A stretch of 64,000 bases of DNA from Terriglobia bacterium (GTDB lineage Bacteria; Acidobacteriota; Terriglobia; 20CM-2-55-15), in assembly GCA_963664115.2 (NCBI GenBank), contig CAXWPJ010000009.1:128001-192000 (forward strand), given 5' to 3'. Within the stretch, counting starts at the first letter, position 1, and every line of letters starts with the position of its first letter. A model generated the notes under the pieces. It searched no databases. It had not been told where the DNA came from and saw only the letters and a list, made by a program, of their open reading frames with translations. The translations under genes were made by a program, and so were the position numbers. This document shows positions 9,838-18,333 of the stretch, one piece after another.

Positions 9838-11172
9838 ATGGGAGCCTCCTCTGCGCCGAAAAACGATCCTGCCAGTATTTTCGGGTGGTGCATGTACGAT
9901 TGGGCCAACTCCGCGTACGTCACCACGGTTTCAGTCGGGCTGCTGGGCCCCTATCTGCTCAACGTGGTTATCCCGGATTCCGGCGTCGTCCTATTCGGAA
10001 CTGAATTCGGCGCATCCAGCCTGTTCCCGTTAGCGGTTGGAGTTTCCGCGGCAATAGTGTTTCTGCTCGCTCCTGTGCTCGGCGCCATCGCGGATTTTTC
10101 AGGAGCAAAAAAACGCTTCCTACTCTTCTTCGCCTATATGGGTGCGCTGGCGACGTTACCCCTGTATTTCTCCGGATCCGGGGACGTTCTGATCACCCTG
10201 CTGCTCTTCGTCGTGGCCCAGACTGCCTTTGTCGCCGCCAACGTTTTCTACGATGCTTTCCTGCCCAATATCGCATCAGACGATGACATGGATCGCGTAT
10301 CCGCAAAGGGCTACGCCTATGGCTACGTGGGCGGGGGACTGCAGTTCGCGATGAGTCTGTTGTTGGTTGTGGGATACGAACAGGTAGGAATCACCCAGGA
10401 ACGAGCGGTTCAAATTGCCATGGCGACGGCCGGCATCTGGTGGGCCGGCTTCACGTTATTTACGCTCCGGTACCTCAAGGAAACCCGCACTGAGACTCCG
10501 TTGCCGGACGCGTATCGGCGCATGGGCAGCTTGGTCGGATACCTGGCCCTCGGATTCTCCCGCACGATTCAAACGACCCGAAAAGTCGGACGGTATCGTC
10601 ATCTGGTTTTGTTTCTCATAGCTTTCATGCTCTATAACGATGGAATCCAAACCGTACTGTCGGTAGCCAACCTGTACGGAGCTGACGAGTTGGGATTGGG
10701 TTACGGGGCACTGCTCGGCACCCTGTTGATGATACAGTTCGTCGCCATCGGCGGGGCCTTGTTCTTCAGCTGGCTGGCGGGCCGCATCGGCACCAAGCAA
10801 ACGGTCATGCTAACGCTGGTCATCTGGTCCGTCGCCGTTAGCTATGCCTACTTCATAGAGACAGCGACGGAATTTTTCATACTCGGCGGCGTGATCGGTG
10901 TTGTGCTCGGAGGTTCCCAGGCGCTGAGCCGGTCCTTCTATGGTTCCATGATTCCGGCCGAGGCGAGTGCGGAATTTTACGGCTTCTACTCTGTGTTTTC
11001 CAAGTTCTCCGCCATCTGGGGACCGTTCGTCTTTTTCTTCATCAACCAGCTCACAGGATCGTCCCGGAACGCGATCGTTTCGTTGATCATATTCTTCGTC
11101 CTCGGGCTCGTACTGCTCTACTTTGTCGATGAAGACAAGGCTCGACTGGCAAGAAACGAAAGCGCTTTTTGA
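9838..11172 (+). CDS. MFS transporter, UMF1/YxiO (Atg22-like) family
   Basis: GWCMYDWANSAY, ANVFYDAFLP, AFMLYNDGIQT and GGSQALSRSFY motifs; about 12 TMs. Confidence 0.9.
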   Translation: MGASSAPKNDPASIFGWCMYDWANSAYVTTVSVGLLGPYLLNVVIPDSGVVLFGTEFGASSLFPLAVGVSAAIVFLLAPVLGAIADFSGAKKRFLLFFAYMGALATLPLYFSGSGDVLITLLLFVVAQTAFVAANVFYDAFLPNIASDDDMDRVSAKGYAYGYVGGGLQFAMSLLLVVGYEQVGITQERAVQIAMATAGIWWAGFTLFTLRYLKETRTETPLPDAYRRMGSLVGYLALGFSRTIQTTRKVGRYRHLVLFLIAFMLYNDGIQTVLSVANLYGADELGLGYGALLGTLLMIQFVAIGGALFFSWLAGRIGTKQTVMLTLVIWSVAVSYAYFIETATEFFILGGVIGVVLGGSQALSRSFYGSMIPAEASAEFYGFYSVFSKFSAIWGPFVFFFINQLTGSSRNAIVSLIIFFVLGLVLLYFVDEDKARLARNESAF

Positions 11173-11204
11173 GCCCAACAGACTGTATCGGTGCTCTGCT
11201 ATAA

Positions 11205-11708
11205 TCAGGGATTGATACTGAGAGGCGGCGCAAACAGAGCCACGGCCGATGCATCCTGAACGGCCTCAAGAAGTCGACCTACTGTCTGATTCCGGACAGG
11301 ATCCATCTGATCAGAAGCAATTTCAGACAGCGGTTGGAGAACGAATCGGCGTCCCGCGTATCGCGGATGCGGAATTTCGAGGTCCTGGCTCTGAACAACA
11401 CGATCGTCAAACAGAATGATGTCGATATCCAGCGTGCGGGGCCCGTTACTCAAATGCCGGTGACGCTGGCTGGAGTTTTCGATCTCGAGGCAAACCCGCA
11501 GAAGGTCTTCTGGTTCAAATTCCGTTTCGGCTTCCACGGCAGTGTTCAAAAACCAGGGCTGGGAGAGGATCTCCTTCGGCTGGGTCGAGTACACTGAGGC
11601 GGATCGAAGAACGGAGATACCGTGGGCTTCCAAACCGGACAGGCCGGATTTCAGGTGTCCCAGGCGATCGCCAAGATTGGAACCCAGAGCCAGGTAACAC
11701 CGAAACAT
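11205..11708 (-). CDS. folK: 2-amino-4-hydroxy-6-hydroxymethyldihydropteridine diphosphokinase
   Basis: YLALGSNLGDR, FLNTAV, GPRTLDIDII, LEIPHPR, RRFVLQPL motifs. Confidence 0.96.
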   Translation of the reverse strand: MFRCYLALGSNLGDRLGHLKSGLSGLEAHGISVLRSASVYSTQPKEILSQPWFLNTAVEAETEFEPEDLLRVCLEIENSSQRHRHLSNGPRTLDIDIILFDDRVVQSQDLEIPHPRYAGRRFVLQPLSEIASDQMDPVRNQTVGRLLEAVQDASAVALFAPPLSINP

Positions 11709-11835
11709 GCAACCATTAGAACATGCTGGCCTATTCAGCCTGACCCCCTGTCCTTGCCCGGGTCGGGGCGGGTAGTCAGGCCGGGCAAGAGGGGACAGTT
11801 GCCGTCACACTAGCGGGGAGACGCACTCAATATCC

Positions 11836-12390
11836 ATGAAAACGAATCTGACGCAGACTCCTCTCGAAGACCTCGTCGTCATCGACATCGACTATTTCGA
11901 GGACGAACGCGGGTTTTTCATCGAATCCTGGAACCAAAGAGAATTCGCGGCAGCGGGTCTGGATCTCCAGTTCGTGCAGGACAGTCACTCACGTTCCAAT
12001 CAGGGCGTGTTGCGCGGATTGCACTATCAGGACATGACTGCTCCGATGGGAAAGCTGGTCCGTTGCACGCTGGGTGCTGTATTCGACGTCGCCGTTGACC
12101 TTCGCGTGACATCCCCCTCGTTCGGAAAGTGGTTCGGCGTCGAATTGGGCGAGGAGAACAAGAGGCTCATCTATGTCCCCGTCGGCTTTGCTCATGGGTT
12201 TGCGACTCTCTCTGACGTCGCCGAAATTCAATACAAGCAAACAGGCTTCTACGCTCCCCCGGCGGAAGGATCCATACGATGGGATGATCCCGACATCGGG
12301 GTCGACTGGCCTCTCGCTGATCCGATCCTGTCGGACCGCGATCAAAGCGGAATGAGTTTCGCCGAGTACAAGAATAATCCCGCCTTCTGA
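11836..12390 (+). CDS. rfbC: dTDP-4-dehydrorhamnose 3,5-epimerase
   Basis: FEDERGFFIE, VQDSHSRS..GVLRGLHYQ, GKLVRC, GFAHGF motifs. Confidence 0.96.
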   Translation: MKTNLTQTPLEDLVVIDIDYFEDERGFFIESWNQREFAAAGLDLQFVQDSHSRSNQGVLRGLHYQDMTAPMGKLVRCTLGAVFDVAVDLRVTSPSFGKWFGVELGEENKRLIYVPVGFAHGFATLSDVAEIQYKQTGFYAPPAEGSIRWDDPDIGVDWPLADPILSDRDQSGMSFAEYKNNPAF

Positions 12391-12471
12391 TCGGGTATTC
12401 CCTGTTCGCTGGGGTTTACGGGTTTTCTCTCGACGAAGTACTCGCAGCTTCTGATAAAAACTCAGAAATTC

Positions 12472-13440
12472 TTAAGGGCAAATGGCATCGGCCATGGTGT
12501 GCGCCAGGGTGGTGATGAATGGCGATAAAGGCATCAGGTCTTTTCCGTCGGAGACGACGATCTGCTTCTTCTCGACGGCGGAAATCAGGCGCAAGAAAGG
12601 ATCATCCCGCATCCAGCGCTGCAGCTCCTCGTCGCCTTTGCCCGGTACCGACCATGTAAAGACCCACTCCGGGTTCCAGCCCATGATCGCCTCGCTTTCG
12701 ATTCTCTCGTAGGTGTGGAGCCCGCCTCGCGCGGCTACGTTGATACCCCCGACCAGGCGCACAAGATCATGAAACAGGGTCTGGTCACCATAGCTGAATC
12801 CCACCATGGACAGGCCAAATATGCTGACCTCGGGGTGAGGCTCGATGCACTGTTCCGCGATTTCAGCGATCTCTCGTTCAAACCGCTCCCGCTCCTGGCG
12901 AGCCATCTCGTCCTGACCGGTGATGTAGCCGAGCACGGTGATGTTCTCGCCCACCTGCTCTAGGTTGGTATTCAGCGTGTCCAGACCGAACACGGGAATC
13001 CCCGCCGCCTCAAGCTGGTACACGGCCTCTCCGCCAGACGAGGCAGATTCGATCACCAGATCGGGTTCGAGCCGCAGGATGGTCGCGACATCATTCGCGA
13101 CATCAGGTTGATACTGCTCCATCAGGCCCAGCAGGTTGCTGAACTCTTCGTCGTAGGCAGAGGGACTGACACCCACGACGAATTCCGGCGGAACGACTTT
13201 GTAGAGGTACTCGTCGGTGTTCGAGGACAGCGACACGATCCGTTGCGGTGGGGCTTCGAGTTTAATGGTGCCGCCCCGGGGGTCCATCGCCGTTCGGGGA
13301 TAGGCGAGTGGCCCCAGCCGTCCGAGCGAGACGTCGACGCTCGGGCGCTCCACCTGCGCCTGGGCCGGGATTAGAGCCACGCTCAACAAGACACACATTG
13401 TGCTGAACAGATTGGTCAGAAGTAAGTTGCGATGTCGCAC
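12472..13440 (-). CDS. ABC-type substrate-binding protein, BtuF/FhuD (cobalamin/Fe-chelate) class, copy 1
   Basis: PPQRIVSLS, ILRLEPDLVI, LEAAGIPV, ESEAIMGWNPEWVF motifs. GTG start 13440 preceded by AGGAGG; signal peptide. Confidence 0.85.
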   Translation of the reverse strand: MRHRNLLLTNLFSTMCVLLSVALIPAQAQVERPSVDVSLGRLGPLAYPRTAMDPRGGTIKLEAPPQRIVSLSSNTDEYLYKVVPPEFVVGVSPSAYDEEFSNLLGLMEQYQPDVANDVATILRLEPDLVIESASSGGEAVYQLEAAGIPVFGLDTLNTNLEQVGENITVLGYITGQDEMARQERERFEREIAEIAEQCIEPHPEVSIFGLSMVGFSYGDQTLFHDLVRLVGGINVAARGGLHTYERIESEAIMGWNPEWVFTWSVPGKGDEELQRWMRDDPFLRLISAVEKKQIVVSDGKDLMPLSPFITTLAHTMADAICP

Positions 13441-13594
13441 GGCTGGTCCTCCTCTGTTGGTAGTCGCCGTCGAGGAACGCTCTGTTGCCATCGTCGAACG
13501 AAGCTTCAGTCAAAGTGTAGTTTGCCTGGATCTCCGTGGGTGCACGTACGTGAAACTGGCCACAGGATGTCTCCTGTAGCGTGAATGCTGTCGC

Positions 13595-14578
13595 TTAGTT
13601 GCCTCCCGTGCAAATGGCATCGGCCATGGTGTGCGCCAGGGTGGTGATGAATGGCGATAAAGGCATCAGGTCTTTTCCGTCGGAGACGACGATCTGCTTC
13701 TTCTCGACGGCGGAAGTCAGGCGCAAGAAAGGATCATCCCGCATCCAGCGCTGCAGCTCCTCGTCTCCTTTGCCCGGTACCGACCATGTAAAGACCCACT
13801 CCGGGTTCCAGCCCATGATCGCCTCGCTTTCGATTCTCTCGTAGGTGTGGAGCCCGCCCCGCGCGGCTACGTTGATACCCCCGACCAGGCGCACAAGATC
13901 ATGAAACAGGGTCTGGTCACCATAGCTGAATCCCACCATGGACAGGCCAAATATGCTGACCTCGGGGTGAGGCTCGATGCACTGTTCCGCGATATCGGCA
14001 ATCTCTCGTTCAAACCGATCTCGCTCCTGGCGAGCCATCTCGTCCTGGCCGGTGATGTAGCCGAGCACGGTGATGTTCTCGGCCACCTGCCGCAACTCTG
14101 TGTTCCGCGTGTCCAGACGGAACACAGGAACCCCTGCAGCCTCAACCTGGAACAAGAGGTCTCCGCCAAGTGCGGCGGATCCGATCACCAGATCGGGTTC
14201 GAGCTCCAGGATGGTTGCGACATCGTTGGCGACCACGGGATGATACTGCGCTATCAGTCCCAGCAAGTTGCTGAACTCTTCGTCGTAGGCCGAACTGCTG
14301 ACACCCACGACGAGTTCCGGAGGAACCACTTTGTAGAGATAATCGTTGGTGGTCGTCGACACTGACACGATCCGTTGCGGCGGGGCTTCGAGTTTAATAG
14401 TGCCGCCCTGGGGACCCATCGCCAGCCTTGGGTAATCGAGTGGCCCCAGACGTCCAAGCGAAGCGGCGACCCTCGGGCGTAGGGACTGCGACTGGGCCTG
14501 CACCGCGATTGGAGCTACGCTCAACAGAACGCATACGATGTGGATAAGATTCGTCAGAAGAAGCTTGCGATGTCGCAC
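13595..14578 (-). CDS. ABC-type substrate-binding protein, BtuF/FhuD class, copy 2
   Basis: Paralog of copy 1 with near-identical 3' half. GTG start 14578 with GAGGAGG upstream. Confidence 0.85.
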   Translation of the reverse strand: MRHRKLLLTNLIHIVCVLLSVAPIAVQAQSQSLRPRVAASLGRLGPLDYPRLAMGPQGGTIKLEAPPQRIVSVSTTTNDYLYKVVPPELVVGVSSSAYDEEFSNLLGLIAQYHPVVANDVATILELEPDLVIGSAALGGDLLFQVEAAGVPVFRLDTRNTELRQVAENITVLGYITGQDEMARQERDRFEREIADIAEQCIEPHPEVSIFGLSMVGFSYGDQTLFHDLVRLVGGINVAARGGLHTYERIESEAIMGWNPEWVFTWSVPGKGDEELQRWMRDDPFLRLTSAVEKKQIVVSDGKDLMPLSPFITTLAHTMADAICTGGN

Positions 14579-14619
14579 GGCCAGCCCTCCTCTCGTTGGT
14601 AGTCGCCGTTCAGTGACGC

Positions 14620-15600
14620 TTAGTTGTTTCCGGTACAAACAGCATCGGCCATGGTGCGCGCCCGCGTGGTGATAAATGGCGACAAACGCCTCGTGTCTCT
14701 TCCGTCGGAGACGACAATCTGCTTCGTCCGCGCGGCAGAAGTCTGGCGCAGGTAGGGATCCTCCATCCAGCGGCCCAGTTCCTCGGCCTCTTTGCCAGGT
14801 ACCGACCAGGTAAACACCCACTCCGGGTTCCAGCCCATGATCGCCTCGCTATCGGCTCTCTCGTAAGTGTGGAGCCCACCTTCCGCCGCCACGTTGATAC
14901 CACCGACCAGGCGTACCAAATCATGAAACAGGGTCTGGTCGCCATAGCTGAATCCAGTCATGGAATGGCCAAACATACGTGCCTCGGGGTGAGGCGCGGC
15001 GCATCGTTCCGCAATTTCGTAAAGCTCTCGTTCAAACCGTTCCCGCGCCTGGCGTGCCATCTCATCCTGGCCGGTGATGTAGCCGAGCACGGTGATGTTC
15101 TCGGCCACCTCCTCCAACTTGGTGTTCAGCGTGTCCAGGCGGAACACCGAAATCCCCGCCGCCTCAAGCTGGCCTACAAGGTCCCCGCCAGAGGACGCGG
15201 ATCCGATCACAAGATCGGGTTCGAGTCCCAGGATGGTCGTGACGTCGCCAGCGACATCCGGATGGTACGGCGCCATAAGCCCCGACAGATGGCTGAATTC
15301 TTTATCGTAGGCCGAGGGGCTGACACCCACGAGAAGCTCCGCTGGAACAACCGTGTAGAGGTACTCGTCGGTGTTCGAGGACAGGGACACGATCCGCTGT
15401 GGCGGGGCTTCAAACCGGACTGTGCCGCCAAGGGGGTCCATCGCCGTTCTCGGATAGTCGAATGGCCCCAGTCGTCCACGCAACGCGTCGACCCTCGGGC
15501 GCTCCAACTGCGATTGCGCCTGTGCCGGGATTAGAGCCACGCTCGACCAGACACATATCAGGCAAAGCAGCTGGGCCATAAGTAGTTTGCCATGTCGCAC
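14620..15600 (-). CDS. ABC-type substrate-binding protein, BtuF/FhuD class, copy 3
   Basis: Paralog of copies 1 and 2. GTG start 15600 with GAGGGGG upstream. Confidence 0.85.
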   Translation of the reverse strand: MRHGKLLMAQLLCLICVWSSVALIPAQAQSQLERPRVDALRGRLGPFDYPRTAMDPLGGTVRFEAPPQRIVSLSSNTDEYLYTVVPAELLVGVSPSAYDKEFSHLSGLMAPYHPDVAGDVTTILGLEPDLVIGSASSGGDLVGQLEAAGISVFRLDTLNTKLEEVAENITVLGYITGQDEMARQARERFERELYEIAERCAAPHPEARMFGHSMTGFSYGDQTLFHDLVRLVGGINVAAEGGLHTYERADSEAIMGWNPEWVFTWSVPGKEAEELGRWMEDPYLRQTSAARTKQIVVSDGRDTRRLSPFITTRARTMADAVCTGNN

Positions 15601-15658
15601 GGCGGGTCCCCCTCTTCTGAAGATCGCCGCCGCCAGGAAACGCCTTCTTCTCATCGTT

Positions 15659-16966
15659 TTAGCCCTGCCGCGACGAGTTGAAATACTCCGGCAGACCCTG
15701 CTTGGTTTCGATCAGGATTTCGAGTAGATCGCGCCGACGGACGGCGCCGAGCTCGGCGAAACCGCTGTCGGTGACGCTTCCCGTCAACACACCATAAAGT
15801 CTCTGGTAGATCTGCTCGCGTGCCGCCTCGGGCAAGCCGTCGAAGCTTCGGCTGTAGATCATGTATGAGAGTGGATACTGGAACAGTCGCGTCTGGAGAT
15901 CAAAATCTCGCAGTGATCTGCCCTCGCTGTCACGCGGACCACGCTCTGGAAACGTTCCGCTGAACGTGGAAACGCCCTCAATAGGCGATTCCATCGGAGT
16001 CTCGCCAACGAACAACATATAGGAAACGAGCTTGTCGACCTCCGCCGCGAGTTCCTCGGCAGGCAAGGGAAACGTCTCCGATGCACGGAACTGCGCGCCC
16101 ACGCTCGTTAACAGGTTGATCATTCCAGTCTGATGTTCCAATGTCATCAGGGCGACTATGTCGCTAGTCGGCTCAAGGTACTTGGATATGTCGAAGCGGT
16201 CAGCCAACGAGGTGATATTGCCCGTTTCAGACGTGTCCAGCTCATACGGCTGGTCGGGGTCGGATGCCATGGCGTTGCCGCGGTGCGTGATGTCGCCGTG
16301 GGTGCCCGTCACGTAGAAACCACCCCAGCGATCCTCGAACGGCGAACGGTGATTGGTCAACTGGAACAGGCCTTCGCCGTCGTGACGTGCCGTCCCAGTT
16401 GGAGTCGGGAACACGCTTGCCACGATTAGTCCTGGCGCATACCGGTTCACCGGACCGTGGCATGCTGCGCATCCGAACTCACGCTGAAAATGCGGGCCGC
16501 CCTCAATGCCCTCGCCCTGGTTACTTGAATCCGGCCCTGCCGGATTCAAGTTGGTCCCCGTGTTGTCTTCCGCGCTCGCGGGTCCCGCCTGATCAAAGGT
16601 GTAGAAAAGCAGGCCCTCGTCGGGATCGAGCGATGCAAACTCCAACAGTGAACTGTCCTGAACGACACCCAGCATGACGTCGTCGTTGAAGTACAGCGCT
16701 CGTGGCTTCTCCGGGCTGATCACAGTCGCCTGGAAGCTGGTTTTGGAAAAAACCAGCACCTGGGAATCCGGGTTCAGGTCGAGGTGCTCCATCAGGCTGG
16801 GCACATAGCGAAAGTCATCGCTGTGTTCGAGCTCCACTTCGCCCGCTTCAAGCTTCTCGTTCAGTTGCCCGACCGGATCATTTACCTGCCGAGTGGTTTG
16901 CGCAGCCAACGTCCAGGTCATGACGAAAGCCACTGCGATAGAAAAGACTGGTGTCATTGGCCGCAT
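15659..16966 (-). CDS. Secreted conserved hypothetical protein with a single CXXCH motif (putative c-type cytochrome)
   Basis: Signal peptide after ATG 16966 (AGAGGA RBS); CAACH motif; SQVLVFSKTSFQ, RWGGFYVTG and SDIVALMTLEHQ blocks. Confidence 0.7.
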   Translation of the reverse strand: MRPMTPVFSIAVAFVMTWTLAAQTTRQVNDPVGQLNEKLEAGEVELEHSDDFRYVPSLMEHLDLNPDSQVLVFSKTSFQATVISPEKPRALYFNDDVMLGVVQDSSLLEFASLDPDEGLLFYTFDQAGPASAEDNTGTNLNPAGPDSSNQGEGIEGGPHFQREFGCAACHGPVNRYAPGLIVASVFPTPTGTARHDGEGLFQLTNHRSPFEDRWGGFYVTGTHGDITHRGNAMASDPDQPYELDTSETGNITSLADRFDISKYLEPTSDIVALMTLEHQTGMINLLTSVGAQFRASETFPLPAEELAAEVDKLVSYMLFVGETPMESPIEGVSTFSGTFPERGPRDSEGRSLRDFDLQTRLFQYPLSYMIYSRSFDGLPEAAREQIYQRLYGVLTGSVTDSGFAELGAVRRRDLLEILIETKQGLPEYFNSSRQG

Positions 16967-17033
16967 CGTTAAAGTTCCTCTACGTTTCCCGTTTCTCAAG
17001 AGGTGGTCCCGATTACCTTTGCTCATCGAACCC

Positions 17034-18190
17034 CTAGTGGTCCCCGTTAAACAGACTGTAACTTATCAAGATTTCGCCGGCCGCGCTGGACTTTAGCAAG
17101 GATGTCGGAAGCCGTTGCAGTCCAGATGAAGGGTTTCGGGTCTTCATTGTGACGAGCGAGGTAGTCCTCCACGGCCTGGATCAACTCGGGGACCGAGCGG
17201 AAAACGCCACGCCGGAGTCGTTGCTCGGACAGATCCCGGAAAAAGCGCTCGACCATGTTGAGCCACGACGCACTGGTTGGCGTGAAGTGCACATGAAAAC
17301 GCTTGTTACGCTTGAGCCAGTTGACGACTTTCTGATGTTTGTGAGTCGCATAGTTGTCGCAAATAATGTGGATCTCCTTATCTTTCGGCATGGCGCGTTT
17401 GATCTGATTCAGAAACCGGATCCATTCCTGATGGCGATGCTTTGGCATGCAGGTTCCGATGACCGAACCGTCCAGGATGTTGAGCGCGGCGAAAAGCGTG
17501 GTTGTCCCGTTACGTTTGTAATCGTGGGTCATGGTGCCACACCGCCCCTTCTTCAGAGGTAACCCGGGTTGCGTGCGGTCCAGGGCCTGCATCTGGCTCT
17601 TCTCATCGCAGGACAAGACAATGGCGTTTTCCGGTGGGCTCAGATACAGACCGACCACATCCTCCAGCTTTTCGGCGAATCGTTTGTCGTTGGATAGTTT
17701 GAAGGTTCGTGACAGATGAGGCTTCAGTCCATGGACCCGCCAGATTTTCCCGACCGTGGACTCGCTCACGCCAACGGCCTTCGCCATCGAGGCCCGACTC
17801 CAGTGCGTCGCGTTCGGGGGCTTCTCTTCCAGTGTCTTCTTGACGATCCGGGCTCGCTTCCGGCGACTGATCGTGGGAATCCGTCCGCTTCGCGGCGCAT
17901 CCTTTTCGATCCCAGCCAAGCCCTGTTCCACAAAACGATTGCGCCAGCGGCCCGCTTTCTGGCGCGTGATCTCCAAGCGGGCGGCGATCTCATAATTGTT
18001 CCGACCTTCAGCGGCCAGTAATACAATTCGGGATCGTTCCGCCAACCGGACCGATGTACTCCGGCTTCGACTCAGTCGCTCCAACTCCATCCGCTGCTTG
18101 TCATCCAATTCAATGGTCGGTGCTTTCCTCATTCTCTATTGGACGTTGGAAAGCTATTTTAGTTACATTACTTCGAGCGGGGTACACTAG
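17034..18190 (-). mobile_element. IS630-family insertion sequence, element A copy 1
   Basis: 1157 bp including both CTAG boundaries. Imperfect terminal IRs CTAGTGGTCCCCG / CTAGTGTACCCCG enclose the transposase. Confidence 0.93.
17047..18132 (-). CDS. IS630-family transposase
   Basis: HTH N-terminus, DDE motifs CDEKSQ, ICDNYATHK, SWLNMVERFF. Confidence 0.96.
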   Translation of the reverse strand: MRKAPTIELDDKQRMELERLSRSRSTSVRLAERSRIVLLAAEGRNNYEIAARLEITRQKAGRWRNRFVEQGLAGIEKDAPRSGRIPTISRRKRARIVKKTLEEKPPNATHWSRASMAKAVGVSESTVGKIWRVHGLKPHLSRTFKLSNDKRFAEKLEDVVGLYLSPPENAIVLSCDEKSQMQALDRTQPGLPLKKGRCGTMTHDYKRNGTTTLFAALNILDGSVIGTCMPKHRHQEWIRFLNQIKRAMPKDKEIHIICDNYATHKHQKVVNWLKRNKRFHVHFTPTSASWLNMVERFFRDLSEQRLRRGVFRSVPELIQAVEDYLARHNEDPKPFIWTATASDILAKVQRGRRNLDKLQSV

Positions 18191-18191
18191 C

Positions 18192-18263
18192 CTAGTCGAG
18201 GCCGGAGGATCAACCGACTGAAGAGTTCCTGAATTCTTCGTCAGGACGGATAACGGCGATGCA
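18192..18263. repeat. 72-bp direct repeat, copy 1 (hairpin-containing, begins with CTAG)
   Basis: Matches 20118-20189 at 67/72 positions by manual comparison; internal palindrome GAAGAGTTC-CT-GAATTCTTC. Confidence 0.85.
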
Positions 18264-18333
18264 GACAAGATAGAAGAAGTTTGGAAACAGCCGTTGCCCA
18301 CTGAGAGAACATCCAGCTATTCACACAATACGT

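Noticed and set aside
12472-14578. Near-identical blocks as a diversity-generating retroelement TR/VR pair
   Set aside because: There is no reverse transcriptase, both copies lie in intact paralogous genes, and three mismatches are too few to show adenine-specific mutagenesis.
13595-14821. 408-aa version of binding-protein copy 2
   Set aside because: The extension overlaps copy 3 in another frame; the conserved RBS and GTG at 14578 give the real start.
18192-18263. 72-bp repeat as a hammerhead ribozyme or integron attC site
   Set aside because: CTGAnGA is present but no properly placed stem II-GAAA core follows in both copies. There are no RYYYAAC/GTTRRRY ends and no integrase in the window.
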